The notes beneath the pieces were generated by a model that did not search any database, had not been told where the DNA came from, and was given only the letters and a program-made list of their open reading frames with translations. Positions 44,757-57,123 of a stretch of 64,000 bases of DNA are shown here, one piece after another. Source of the stretch: Eukaryota sp. TZLM1-RC (taxonomy: Eukaryota; Protista; Metamonada: BaSk clade); contig JAUPSS010000002.1 of the NCBI GenBank assembly GCA_040285825.1, forward strand, positions 1,860,001 to 1,924,000, in the 5' to 3' direction. Numbering within the stretch: the stretch's first letter is position 1; each line of letters opens with the position of its first letter. Both the position numbers and the translations under genes were made by a program.

Positions 44757-46748
44757 CTAAACATCTTGTAATAAGAGCAAACGATGACGTAACGCTTGCT
44801 CATTAACTCTAACCACGGCAAGCTTTGCCTTTAATAGTGGTATATATTCAGTGTTTTCATGATAACTATTGGAAATTATGGATTCAAAGATATTGAACAG
44901 TTGAGAAAGAGTATCTACAATGATAGCATTTGGATCATCTTCAACACTGGAACAAGATAATAAATCAACACATTCATTAAATAATTCTTCCATTTCTTTC
45001 AGCCTGGAACTCAAATGCAGAGCAAAATCATTAGAAGTATTTTCAAGAGTATTCCTCTGAATTATGACCTGTACTCGGTCAATAATGAACGTCAACAAGT
45101 CCTCTACACTGTGATGTAAAAAAATAGAATTTGTGAATGGAACTTCCAATAGGTCAAACAAATGCTTGACTAGAGAAGAATCAATCATTCCAATTGACCC
45201 TGGAAGACTGCCTTCCTTTTCTGTGTTAGTTTCTACATCAACAAGTTCCCCTATTCTTAATCTAATCCTCATCTCTTCATTTTCCTTTTCCTTTTCTTTT
45301 AATTTATTTCTAGTATTTTCCAAATATTGTTGTAAGTGCTTATTTTTAAGTCTTAGAGACTCAACTAATCGTACACGTGATTCACTGACTCTTGAAGACC
45401 CACGTTGACTAGCGACGACCGCTGTCTCGGTGGAGGACAGGTTAATTACATTACTATTTTCCTTTTCTTTTTCACGGTCCATGGACTTAATTTTTTCGTG
45501 CAAATGAGAAATTTTTCGATCTCGTTCTGCCACTAAACCCGAATAATTCAACATTTTAGCCCTGAGGGAAGCAATAACGTCATCTTTTTGACTGGATGAC
45601 GTATCATTACGTGTCATGATCTCATTTGCTTTTTGCTCAACTTCTTCCTTTGCTTTTTTAGCATAATAAACCTTAACTTTTTTCAGGGAATTCGAAAGCC
45701 TTGATAATTCTGATTGGTGTCTCCGATCCCCGCCCTTGATTATGGAAACCAGATGATCAACAACTGTTCTGATTCGGAAGGATGATGATGTGGTAGGATC
45801 AAAAAGAGAGGAAAAGTCAGGAATAACTTGACTTTCCTTGACCAAACTAATTGCAGTAGACACCCCAGATTCAAGAAACCTGAAAAGTCTTTGAGATTCT
45901 GCTAGACGATTGGTTGCTTGAGAAAGAGAGTTCTTTAAAAGTACACAATCACGATTCAAGATGTTGATTGATTGATTAGCCTTTGCGAGCTCAGCATCCT
46001 TTGAAAGAACTTGGTCCAAAAGAGAAACTGAATCATTTGAATGATTGATTGAAGACTTTAATAGACTAATTTCCTTTTCCTGCCGTTCGCACAACTGACT
46101 CAGCTTCCATAAATCACCCTTTAGTCCATTGACTTCCTTTGACTTTTGACCCATGTTTTGACCATCACTTAAAGAAGAGATCAGAGAACGGGATTCTTCA
46201 CTTAATGATCCTAATATAGGTAGTTTAATTAACTTTCTGGATAATTCATCATTTCTTGTTTTTAAGTCGAGAAGTTCTCCAGACTTTTCATCTAATGATT
46301 CTTGAAGGGACAAAATTTGGGAATGTGCAGCTGATAATTGTTCAGAAATTTCCTTTTCCTTTTCAGCAAGTTTTCTATTGAATTCATGTGACTTTTTTAA
46401 TTCTGACCTGGCTTCTTTTAGCTTATCTGCAATGCTTTTTGCAGCAAATGTTGGGTTAGTAGTGGTAATTTCAGCAGAATGAAGAGTGTTTTCCATAAAT
46501 CCTGTTCCTAAAAAGTCGTTGAGAGAAGTAATAACAGACTGCTGGGTGGTGATTTCGGACTGAAGTTCACTAATAGTGTCTATCGAGCCTGTCACTTCCT
46601 GGGAAAGAAATATAATAGTCTCTTTCAGGAATTCCACACTCGCTTTGTGATGTACATCATCAGATGAAACTTCAAACTCTTCTTCTAAATCAGAAAGAAG
46701 GCTAAGAGCTTGATCTACTTGTCTAAGTGTGAGACTGGTGTCTCTCAT
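44757..46748 (-). CDS. Long coiled-coil protein (663 aa)
   Basis: Extensive heptad E/K/L/S-rich sequence. Confidence 0.8.
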   Translation of the reverse strand: MRDTSLTLRQVDQALSLLSDLEEEFEVSSDDVHHKASVEFLKETIIFLSQEVTGSIDTISELQSEITTQQSVITSLNDFLGTGFMENTLHSAEITTTNPTFAAKSIADKLKEARSELKKSHEFNRKLAEKEKEISEQLSAAHSQILSLQESLDEKSGELLDLKTRNDELSRKLIKLPILGSLSEESRSLISSLSDGQNMGQKSKEVNGLKGDLWKLSQLCERQEKEISLLKSSINHSNDSVSLLDQVLSKDAELAKANQSINILNRDCVLLKNSLSQATNRLAESQRLFRFLESGVSTAISLVKESQVIPDFSSLFDPTTSSSFRIRTVVDHLVSIIKGGDRRHQSELSRLSNSLKKVKVYYAKKAKEEVEQKANEIMTRNDTSSSQKDDVIASLRAKMLNYSGLVAERDRKISHLHEKIKSMDREKEKENSNVINLSSTETAVVASQRGSSRVSESRVRLVESLRLKNKHLQQYLENTRNKLKEKEKENEEMRIRLRIGELVDVETNTEKEGSLPGSIGMIDSSLVKHLFDLLEVPFTNSIFLHHSVEDLLTFIIDRVQVIIQRNTLENTSNDFALHLSSRLKEMEELFNECVDLLSCSSVEDDPNAIIVDTLSQLFNIFESIISNSYHENTEYIPLLKAKLAVVRVNEQALRHRLLLLQDV

Positions 46749-46859
46749 TCGGAAGGATGTTTATAGCAATGAATCAAGAATCAAGTTTTTTGGTGGTCAA
46801 GTTTCAATTTTCTTTCTTACCATACAGACTCATACATTCCCAAGTTCTTTAACTTTCTT

Positions 46860-47552
46860 ATGGATTATCCACCAAATCAAACACTTTATATAAAAAACCT
46901 CAATGAAAAAGTTCAACTAGCTATACTTAAACGAGCTCTTTATTCAAGATTCTCTGAGTTTGGCCCCATACTAGATATTGTTGCCAACAAGACCTTCCGA
47001 GGTCGCGGCCAGGCCTTCGTTGTGTACAGTGACATCAGCAGCGCCAAAAAAGCTAAGGAAAATCTCGATTCAACACAATTCCTAGATAAACCAATGAGGA
47101 TATACTTTGCTAAATCAAAAAGTGATGCAGTGGCCTCTGTGGAAGGTCAATATGATCCTTCAGTAAGGGAAGCCCGTGCCCAAAGGAGGAAGCTTCTTTA
47201 TGAAACACTTCATGCCCCACAGGCAGAATCAAGGAAACGTACGTCTGCTGCAATGCCAGAGGAAGTCGTTCCTAAAGCAAAACAAGTTTCAAAGAAAGGC
47301 TATGAAACACCATTGGCTGGTCCTAATAAGGTGTTGTTTGTCAAGGGACTTCCAAAGACCATCAGCCAGGATGTCCTCAATGAGTTGTTTTCACAGCACG
47401 AAGGGTTCCAGTCCGCTACTTTAATTCCTGGAAGACCTGGATTTGCATTTATCGAGTTTGGGGATGAATCCCAGTCTTCTATTTGTTTGTCTGCAATGAA
47501 TGGTACTTCTGTTGAAGATTCAACGATTGATGTGTCTTTTGCGAAGGCTTGA
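46860..47552 (+). CDS. SNRPA: U1 snRNP A / U2B'' (SNF) two-RRM spliceosomal protein
   Basis: PNQTLYIKNLNEK, RGQAFVV, KPMRIYFAKSKSD, second RRM PNKVLF...FAFIEF. Confidence 0.93.
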   Translation: MDYPPNQTLYIKNLNEKVQLAILKRALYSRFSEFGPILDIVANKTFRGRGQAFVVYSDISSAKKAKENLDSTQFLDKPMRIYFAKSKSDAVASVEGQYDPSVREARAQRRKLLYETLHAPQAESRKRTSAAMPEEVVPKAKQVSKKGYETPLAGPNKVLFVKGLPKTISQDVLNELFSQHEGFQSATLIPGRPGFAFIEFGDESQSSICLSAMNGTSVEDSTIDVSFAKA

Positions 47553-47992
47553 TTCTTGAGTTTTGGATTGTTGTTCATGAATAATTTTATTGTTTGGATG
47601 TTTGACGTTTTTTGTTAATAAAAAAATTATTTTGTGATGCAACCACATTTCTCTCGCATAATTCAAGAAGGGGGCCTGTTTCTAAGAATTAACTATTAAC
47701 TTAACACTGATGGTATAATTTAATGTTATATTGTTGTCATAATTGTGTATGTTGATTTGCTCTCCTCGTATACAAATTTGACACCTAGACTTTTAACAAT
47801 TCTGGCTACACAACAAATTCCAATACTTTCTATAAACTGACTATTATTTTCAAGACAACATCCGTTGACGGGACTTGATGGTTGAAAGCTGGTCTACGGA
47901 GAAGAGTATTGAATTAAGCCAAAGAAAAAAATATCAGACTTTAACTTGTTCAGACTCTTCCAACATAAAACAAACAAGAATCGGCTACTTTA

Positions 47993-48680
47993 ATGCCACC
48001 GGGAAACCTTCCTCCTCTTATAGCGAAAGAAGTAGACATCAAACATGAACGCATATATAATGCATCTGGTATACTCATAGTGGATCCTGATTACATAAGA
48101 GGAGTGCCTCATGTACTTGTAGGTTTCCAACACAGACCACGTAGTCGACAGCGCCTTGTGATACATATATTGGGAGGTAAAAGGCGGTCTTCTGACAGAG
48201 ATATGAGGGAAACTGCTTTTCGGGAACTCTACGAAGAAACTGGTGAACTCATAGAAGGTAGTGTTTTTCAAAGTTTTGATGATGCCTATGAATCTAAGAA
48301 AACATCCATTCTTTGGCATCCACCGGGTTTGTTGTTATGCATTGTTCCTTATTTCAGGTAAATTTGGTCTTTTTGTTGTTTCTCTATGGTCCTTTGATCC
48401 TGAAGATCAAGAGATGCTGCGTAATCTTCCCCAAGATTTCGAACGAAAATACGGTTCTGGCGGATCACGAGCAATAGCCGGTCTTGTCTGGGTTCCTCTA
48501 ATAGATTTATTGAGAACTTGTAAATCTAGCTATATACTTTTTAAGAAGCAACATGTAGATACTGTTGATTTCGGTTTTGACTCTCTAAGGGAACCTTTTG
48601 GTTTGGGTAGAATGGCTGTTGAGATTTTGGGAAGACATCCTGTTTCTGAATACTTGAAAGAATGGTTTGTCAGATCATAA
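47993..48680 (+). CDS. Nudix hydrolase, two exons (intron 48327-48357)
   Basis: Nudix box GGKRRSSDRDMRETAFRELYEETG; a 31-nt GT..AG intron joins WHPPG to KFGLF in frame. Confidence 0.85.
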
Positions 48681-49274
48681 ATAAAACTGAAAATAACTTA
48701 TTAGCGGAGTGAAATAAATTCAAATCAGTCATTGTCTTTTTTGTTTCAATTTAAACAGAATTTGACTGATGTCGTCCATAGCTTTAGATTGCCGGACATG
48801 GATGAAATTAGCTACACTACTACTCAAGTTACAATAACTGTCAGTAATAACTGATCTCCATAAGAACAAACAAACAACATAGAGTTAAAGTAATAAACAT
48901 AGAGTTTAAACGGAGTAACAATGAGCGGAACAGCTAGAGGGTAAATCGAACTGATGTTGATGACCACTGATAGAGATAAAATGGATAGGCATTTGATACT
49001 ATTGTGGAAATAAGCAATCAATTTGAAATTGCAATCAGCATGTCTGACAGCGAGATTATTTTGACTCTTCCCATTCTTCTAACATCATGCAGCGAAACGA
49101 GAAGAAGGATAACGAGGTTACGGTCTCAGTTCCCACCTCCTCCTTCAACCTGTTCTTCACAGAACAGCAGAGTACTTCCTCCCAAACTCCTCAGTCGGGA
49201 ACAGTCATCCTGCTTTACAGGAATAAACGGAACATCAGAGCCTCGATTTCTGAATACTAAATATTACTAAATTG

Positions 49275-49560
49275 AAAAGGTTTCAAATAGTTTTTGCCTC
49301 AGTAGAAATTCTGTTAAAAATAAGAGAAGAAAGCAATCTGGTTAAAGACTCTCCAATAGCAATTGGTCTAACTACATAATTCAAACACATTAAACTTTGA
49401 AAATAAATGGCAAGATCCTCAGAAATTTCTGGAGTATTTTTACAAGCAGTTTTTAACAAATCAAAGGAAATGTCTGAGAAACCAGCAGTTTTTCCTTTTG
49501 GCAATTTAGCAATAGCAATGAGTACTTCTTGAGCATGAAAAGGATTTTCGAGCCAATATT
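49275..49560 (-). mobile_element. Non-LTR reverse transcriptase N-terminal fragment
   Basis: LPKGKTAGFSDISFDLLK (region 0) and VRPIAIGESLTRL (RT domain 2). Confidence 0.8.
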
Positions 49561-49609
49561 GACACTTTTTCAACAGTGTCACAATTATTATCAAAATAAA
49601 TCAATCAAT

Positions 49610-49722
49610 TATTAAAAAAATAATATTATTAAATAATATAATAATAATATAATATATATATATATATATATATTTATAATATTATTATTATTATTATAAT
49701 ATTATTATTAATCAATTATTAT
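49610..49722. repeat. AT-only low-complexity (TA)n/(TAT)n tract
   Basis: atatatatatat and attattatt runs. Confidence 0.85.
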
Positions 49723-49999
49723 CAGCCAAAATACCTGAAAAAATATTTTTTAAACCGCTTCCATATCTACCTCTCAGGAACAATTTTCTTGCTCGAAACG
49801 ATGAACTAGCTTCACTTTGTTTTGGTTTGTAATTAATTGATTTCTTTTTGGCAAAGAATTTCCAAAATCTTGTTATGTTCCATTTGTTTAATAGTAATTG
49901 GGAGAAAACAAACGCATTTTCATTGACACAGGAACAGAACTGGCAGGACTCACCTCTACAGGAATTTCAACAGGTGCACGAAGAGAATCACTTGTTTGA

Positions 50000-51736
50000 C
50001 AATCGATTTATTAATGTCTTTTTTGACAAACCAGATTTGGAAAATGTGTTATCAGAAAGGCACAAGCTGGGTGGATACTCGACGCCATTATCTACAATTA
50101 TTTCACTTTTTAGATTTAGACTTCGTCAATTCAAAAACTTGTTTTTAGTTGATGATAGAGAATGCTTGAGTTCTTTGTTTCATCATCCAGAAAATACTTC
50201 AGACCTTCTGGATGATGAATATTTCGATTTATGTGAACAACATGATATAAGAAATAATGAACTTAGAAACATATTTCAAGGTCTTATTGAGCCATTTACT
50301 TGTCAAATTGAGAATAGGGTCACGGACGAGAATTTCGTTGATAACATATTTCCAGTGGATATACATTTTCTTGCAGACGCTGTTGAAAAAGATCCTCAAT
50401 TATTCCCAAAACCAGCAATTAGAATTGCTCAATATATCTCCAGTAGAGAGAAAAACCCTTATCATATTTCTCCTGTTTCAACCACTGTAGGCCCTGGATA
50501 TTTTCCTATTGATACAAGAACAATATGGACAACTATTAGACAAACACTGATGGACGATTTGTTGCCTGATCAGAGATTCAAAATGGTCAATACACAAGCC
50601 CAAATTACGAAATTCAAACCACCTGAGCAATTTGACTTTTGGTCTAATATTCTCGATTTAAACCAACCAATATTCAAACAGAAGAGCTATAAATTCAACA
50701 GCATTATCCACACAGATGGATTTAATATTACAGTAGAATTTGTTCGTCAGGATTGACAAGGTCAGAAATGTAAGCCAGACAACAAGGCCAGTATTTCGGA
50801 TTTATATATTGATGATGTTGATGTTGATACTTTTCAAGACAAACGAATTGTTGTTTGTGATCCTGGAAAACGTGATTTAATATACTTTGGGAGTAAAAAG
50901 ACTGATGAAGAACTAGCCATGGTGCCTGAACATGAAACTGAACAACAAAGAAATAGTCAGGTGATGAATCAAGACAAGAAATTCAAATGGTTGAGAATGA
51001 CTCAGATGTCCTGGTCTTTGAAAAGTAGGATGAATGAAAAACAAAAACGATGGGCGACAAAGTATACTGAGGTAGATTCCAACAGGAACCAAATGATAGA
51101 GTCTTACGAAACGACAATCGAAGACGCAAACACCGAATTATCTGCGTTTACTGCCAATTCAGCAACTTTTATAGGTTTTTCCAACTTTGTGGTTGCCAAC
51201 CTTCGCCAAGTTTTTTTGACAATTGACTTTTACAGTCTTGACTTGTGGAGCATTCATAAAATGCAAGCTTTTATTTACAAACAAAGACTGAAAGTTGGTT
51301 GTTTAAAAATCTTGTGCAGCAGTTTGGCAACCCAAAAGACACTTGAATAGTAATGGGTGATTATAGTAAAAAAGGTTCCAAGAATTTGAAACATCAGAGA
51401 CCTACTCGAGGCAGTGGTTGGATTCAATTTCTGAAAAGAAATGGATTTGAAGTATTGATGATTAATGAAGCTTTCACTTCAGCAAAATGTCCTGTTTGTT
51501 TTGAAAAGGTTGCTACGCTTTTGAGAGTAACAAATTCCAGATTCTATAGAAGAGAAAGGACTCCTTTTACTACGTGTCATGGTTTATTAGCTTGTAACAG
51601 TGAGAGTTGCAAACTCAGTAACAAAGGCTCAACAAAGATTTTCAATAGAAATACCCTGGCTTGTCTGAATATGTTTGCAATTGCTGAAGCCAGAATGAGT
51701 GGTAATGAAAGGCCTCAGTATCTGTGTTGCAGATAG
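50000..51736 (+). pseudogene. Fanzor family A, C-terminal three quarters
   Basis: VCDPGKRDL, INEAFTSAKCPVC, FNRNTLACLNM. Confidence 0.88.
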
Positions 51737-52043
51737 TTTTTGCAATTATTCCACACGAAAATAGATCGTGTATTTATGGGAATTTCCCACAAACCATATA
51801 ATCTTTTTGGCAAAATTGCTGCATTTATCAAAATTACAAGAGTCAATACAACCAATATACAATCAATCATAATTTTGCTGCCACTTTTCATGCTTCAATA
51901 AATTGACCAATGCAAGTGGAAGCTGCAATGTATTAAAAACATTATTTATTTCAACAATATTTATTTGTATTTGAAAAACAAGTTGCCGAATTCTTTCGAA
52001 TGGAATTAAAAATTGATTAAAATAGACACCAAGGCTCGAGCAG

Positions 52044-52505
52044 ATGAATACTCGTCCATTTGATCAGCCCACAGAAGTAAACGTCAAAGGTGTGTCCTTC
52101 ACAGGACTTCGATGTCGATCTACAATGATCAACATTTCCACGGAGTTCGATTCCAAAATTGACCAACTCTTCAAGCTTATAGATCCCACTAAAATCAGAG
52201 GACCGTTATATAGTCTTTATCTTTCGCAATACATGGGACCTACAGATGAATTTGATTTTGCGATTGGGTTTGAACTTGATGGAACTTATGATGGTACTGA
52301 ACAGTTCAACATTCAACCCAAGAAACACGTCGTCTATAGTCACATTGGTCCCTATAAGGATCTTTCTGAAGCTTTCCAAAAGGTAATGGATTACCTTGGG
52401 ACTAACAATTTGCAGTACTCGGGTCAATGCTTTGAAATGTACATGAACTCGCCCCAGCAAACATCGGAAGATCAACTTCGTACAGACATTTATATGTCTG
52501 TTTGA
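52044..52505 (+). CDS. GyrI-like small-molecule-binding domain protein
   Basis: HIGPYKDLSEAFQKV and FEMYMNSP...LRTDIY. Confidence 0.88.
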   Translation: MNTRPFDQPTEVNVKGVSFTGLRCRSTMINISTEFDSKIDQLFKLIDPTKIRGPLYSLYLSQYMGPTDEFDFAIGFELDGTYDGTEQFNIQPKKHVVYSHIGPYKDLSEAFQKVMDYLGTNNLQYSGQCFEMYMNSPQQTSEDQLRTDIYMSV

Positions 52506-52509
52506 CTTT

Positions 52510-52595
52510 TGTGGTACTGTGGACAATTGGTCTAGTATAGACTTCACTAGTGATGACCCTTATAATGGCCAGTGTAAATAAATTCTTTATTCTAC
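52510..52595 (+). repeat. Partial LTR (putative 5' LTR) of the Ty3/gypsy relic
   Basis: tgtggtactgtggacaattggtctagtatagacttcactagtgatg matches 55743-55830. Confidence 0.75.
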
Positions 52596-52599
52596 AGAC

Positions 52600-54500
52600 T
52601 TTTTTATCATCTTTTATTTATTAAACAACTTATAAATCAACATTTAAAAGTCCATTTCACCCAAAACGAAACAACTAGATGCAACTCTCCCATTAAAAAT
52701 AGAAAGCATAACTCTATTTTGCCAAAACAATATGTTGAAATCTCTGTTAGTTCTTCTCTTTACAATCATTTCAAAATCTGCCAAAAAACGTATAGCTGTG
52801 GGAGCAAGCGAACCAAATAGAGAAAATACAAATGGATACAAATTGTATTTTGCATGCTCTTGGGTGGACAATTGGACAGAGGTTCACTGTATTTGTATTG
52901 AGTTTGAAATTTTCAGCATTTGAAAAATGATTATGAAGTTCAGAATTAGCAAGCCTTTCATTTGCGGCATCACAAGGATCAACAGACATTACTTCCACTA
53001 AAATGTTGGTACCATCTAATCCAGGTAATATGACATCACCTCTATTATTCTTATGAAAGTCATCTTCAGCATCAAACAGATTTGACAACAGAGGTTCCAA
53101 AATAATATTCAATTCTATGAGACTTACACATACAATATAATTGGTCTCTTAGAGCATCGTGAACCTTGCTTCTAAAATTAAGAAAATGTTTACAATTTAA
53201 CAAATGAGTAATTGTAATTTTCGAGAACATTTACAATTTAAATTACGAGGTAAATTATCGGGTCTTGCTAAACTTTTATTTAAAAAACTGGAATATTTAT
53301 TGAGATAAAAATAACCATCTAGAATTCAATATCCTCCAAACAAGCGTCACTATTACTGAACTTACTCACAGCATTACGTTCATATTCTACACCGATAGCT
53401 AAAAGTACCTTTGAAATCATTGTAGGAATAGATTTGAAAACTGCTAAACTTGTACCAATAAATTTTGCTAAACTTGTACCATCTTGCAACTTGGCCAGTC
53501 TACAGCATGCAAAATACAATTTGTATCCTTTTGTATTTTCCCTTTTTGGTTCACTTGCACCAACTGCTTTACGTTTTTTGGATGATTTTGAAATGATTGT
53601 AAAGAGAAGAACTGGCAGAAATTTCAACAGATTGTTTTGGCAAAATAGAATTGTGTTTTCTATTTTTAAGGGGATGTTGAAGATGGTTTCTGATGCTTTG
53701 CTTTCTCTTGGATCTCACTATGAGAGAGTTGCATCTAGTGTTTTTGTTCTGGGAGAGATGGATTTTTTAGATGTTGATTTATAGGTTTTGAATAAAATTT
53801 TTATTTAAAAAAAAGTTTAGCAAAATCCAAAATTATCAGGCCAGATAAAGGGACCAAAACTCACATTTAAAGTCCAGGCAGAATCAGTTAAGAGAGTGCC
53901 ATAAACTTGAGGAGTTGTTGTTACTAAAGCAGAAGATGTACTATCACACATATCTTGTAAAAGATTTGCAAAAGCGGAATTCTTTTTCTTGGCCAAGCCA
54001 TGTCTTACATCAAAATCGAAGCTTTCAAAAATCTTCGACAATTTTTGTTGGAGCTTTATTAAAGCAAAACTGCAACTTAAAAAGTGATCGGTTTGGAATA
54101 CCTTGAATTGATTGGGGGAAACATTTGGTCTAGATGTGTGGCAGTAATCTAACGAGTTCACAAGATTACTCATTCAATTATGGACTGTAGATTGGAATTC
54201 ACAGATAAGGATCTTCAGCGAATCTGCGAGAAAGTTCATAAATGAAATTCTTGCCTCCACCCAAAAATGCTGATTGGCACAAAATAGAAGATTTAGTAAA
54301 TCGAATATTACCCAAATTTGCTGAAGAAAATAAGTGATTTTTCAACATTTCTGGTTCTACAACCAGTAAATCAGCAAAAAATTCTGTTCTCAATGAATTA
54401 AAGGAACGACAAAAATGTAATGCTATGGATGGAGCACAAGATCTCAAAATGTGGGTTGTTTTTCCAGTAAAGCAAATTTAAAGCATAAAAAATTAAATTT
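52600..54500. mobile_element. Cluster of four RLE non-LTR fragments in mixed orientation (L-a 52620-53260 minus, L-c 53280-53455 minus, L-a 53485-53800 plus, L-a 53830-54500 minus)
   Basis: Direct similarity to 3665-4900 and to 90-570. Confidence 0.85.
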
Positions 54501-54544
54501 GGAATTGATTTTTTGACCAATCATGCGCAAAGACATGATTCATC

Positions 54545-55728
54545 ATTGAAAGATGCCCAGCATGTCAAAAGACGGCACAGGTGCCTAAAAACGTCATTAA
54601 ATCATCTGGCTCTCTTTGGGCAGATCGTCCTTTTGCTCGAATAAACGCAGATACTATTGGACCATTACAACAACATGATAATGGATTCAAATATTTAATA
54701 GTTTTTGTAGATTCCTTCACTAGATATATGATCATTTGTCCCGCAAAGGAATTGAAGACAGTGGAGGCAAAAAAACACCTCCTGTGGAGCGTTGTATCAA
54801 TTTTTGGTGTCCCACTGTTAATTCATAGTGACAATGGTATTGAATTTGCAAATGCCATTTTCAAAGGGTTATGCGCTTTATTAAATATTGAAGTAAGTCG
54901 TTCACCAACTGGCTTCTCGCAAAGCAAGGGGTTAGTAGACAGACGTTACAGAGACATTTCACAAAGTCTAAGAAAGATTTTAGTGGACTGTGGTGATCAT
55001 AGCAATTGGAACGAATATATCCCAAATGTACAACTTCAAATTAATTCAACTATTAGAGTTACTGATCACAGCCCTAGAGCTTATTACTAATAATATGTTT
55101 GAACTAATAAAATCAGCCAATGTAAATATTCCCTTTGTTAAAGATCATGAAGCAAAACTTGAAAGAATTTCAAAGGAAAGAGGCAGAGCTCAAGCAAGCT
55201 CAAGAACCTCCTGAAGTTAACAAACATAGGAACCCTTTTAATAAAGGTGACTTAGTTTTGCGATTAAAGACTAATGATAAACTCCAAGGTTGCTTTGCTG
55301 GCCCTTTTCTCATTGAAGATGTGAAACTTAATAAAAGTTTATTACTCATCAATCTTGTAACTGGTTCGACATCGACGGCTAGCACTAATCATTGTAAGTG
55401 ATACCTCTCTGACTTCCCTAAAGAAGATATAGATTGGCATAAGAACATTGCTGCCGGTGATATGGAAGAACCTGTAATTATTAAGATTATAGATCACTTT
55501 GATTTTATAGACTCGAATAATAATAAAATACCATATTGCACCGCAGTTTGGTATGGCGGCGATACATCGTCTGTCCCAGTTGCTGACGTCAAAAGAACTG
55601 AGGCATACCAATCATATTTGCGAACCTTTAGTCCTCACACTACCAGGAAACAGAAAATGAATTCCAATTCTAAATCTAAGACCAATTCCTCTGCAGTTAA
55701 TTCTCGTAGCTCTCCTATGAGACCTTAG
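54545..55728 (+). pseudogene. Ty3/gypsy integrase, frameshifted
   Basis: CPACQK zinc finger end, PFARINADTIGPL, VDSFTRY, IHSDNGIEF, GPF module. Confidence 0.9.
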
Positions 55729-55742
55729 AGAGGGAAAAGTAG

Positions 55743-55867
55743 TGTTGTACTGTGGACAATTAGTCTAGTATAGACTTCACTAGTGATGGCCTTTATAGGG
55801 GCCAGCGATTTTAAATAAATATTCTTTATCTTTACTGTTATAGTCATGTCTAACCTTTCAGTACCAC
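55743..55867 (+). repeat. 3' LTR (about 125 bp) preceded by a polypurine tract
   Basis: PPT agagagggaaaag followed by tgttgtactg...cagtaccac. Confidence 0.8.
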
Positions 55868-56019
55868 TGTTTTATTTTTATTTTTATTTATTTTTTGTAT
55901 AATTTATCTCATTTTTAAAAAAATTGTAGTCACTTTTTCCAACCATTAGTGTACACGTGTCCTTACATTGTACACTCAACAGTATACCTGAGTTTTATTG
56001 ACAGAAGGAGCACCTATCA

Positions 56020-56646
56020 TTTGGAATTGGATGATCCATCCAAGTATGATTTACCTAAAGCTCAACAAAAATGGATCTGAACAACAATATAACTTTCAAA
56101 ATTTGATATAAGTACCCCCAGATCAATAAGGTTATTATGAGGTGAAGAGCCCCAACATACTGATTTCTGTTGGGTTTTCTGCACTGGTATACATTACAAA
56201 TAGATACGGGAATTTATTAATGGAACAAGGATAAGTAAAGAATCAAATACGAGAATCTAATTATGTTATGGACATATTATCAATTAAAAACACCAAATAC
56301 ACATAACTACAGCCAACATTGCTCATAGCACCCTTTTTTAACTAAAACATTGAGCAACCAGGATCGTTGGTGATAGTTGTCACAAAATACAAATGAAAAA
56401 AGAGGAAAAAAAAGGTCAAAAGATCAATCGACACAAGTTGTGAGGCGGAAACATGTTTTTAATTAAGTGGTTGAAATCAGTAATTGGTGTGTTCAGTATA
56501 ATGTTTATTGGGATTGGAGACTGAGAACAACGACAGTAGATGAAATTCCAAGAACATACCAAAGGAAAAGGTTTGAGAATTCTATTTAAAAGGGCTGGTT
56601 ATAAGGTCTATTTGATTGATGAGTTTCGAACCAGTTGCTGTTGTTG
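56020..56646 (+). pseudogene. Degraded Fanzor fragment related to family C (RuvC-II region)
   Basis: IGIGD*EQRQ*MKFQEHTKGKGLRILFKRAGYKVYLIDEFRTSCCC; 56035-56095 resembles 35160-35225. Confidence 0.75.
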
Positions 56647-56745
56647 AGCATTGCTTTCTCTTGGATCTCACTATAAGAGAGTGGCATCTAGTTGTTTTGT
56701 TTTGGAAGAGATGGATTATTTAGATGTTGATTTATGAGTTTTTTA
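56647..56745 (+). mobile_element. L-a non-LTR extreme 3' end
   Basis: ALLSLGSHYKRVASSCFVLEEMDYLDVDL. Confidence 0.8.
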
Positions 56746-57123
56746 ATTTTTTCAATTTTTAAATATATGTTAATTTAGTTATTTATTTTCTACGTAATTG
56801 CAAAACAAAACAAATTAAAACACATAAGAAACAAAATTCTTCACACCAACTTTTGAAGAAGCTTTGTACAGCTTGGACATCATCAAATTTAAATACTTTG
56901 AAACACTTCTATACAAAGCAAAACTGATACGATTCTTCCATAAATACCCAGCAAAATGTTACCATTTGAACGACAAAGATTATCAAAATCATTGAGAAAA
57001 TTCAAAAAATTAATAAATATTTTTTTAAAAAAGCAGAAAATCTTCCACTTCTCAAAAACTCAGTCCCTCTACATCGGTGTAAAAAGGACACTTATTTCAT
57101 TGTTATAGACATCATCTGTAACA

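Larger units (their letters stand above)
49003..51790 (+). mobile_element. Fanzor family A copy with an internal deletion or replacement that removes 2A and the exonuclease
   Basis: 49040-49250 matches leader 38620-38835; 50000-51790 matches 40770-42559; the middle holds a LINE RT fragment and an AT tract. Confidence 0.8.

Noticed and set aside
49003-49015. gtggaaat as a left TIR matching the family A end atttcccac
   Set aside because: Short and imperfect, not clearly present at the 38.6-kb copy, and no TSD found.
52510-55867. Intact LTR retrotransposon
   Set aside because: gag, protease and RT are absent and replaced by LINE debris, the LTRs have diverged, and no TSD is evident; reported only as a relic.
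56515-56530. TGA at expected Trp positions in Fanzors (GD*EQ; QS*T versus QSWT), suggesting UGA=Trp
   Set aside because: Well-conserved host genes (U1A, NIF3, RFK) end in TGA and use TGG for Trp; G-to-A decay in dead copies is sufficient.
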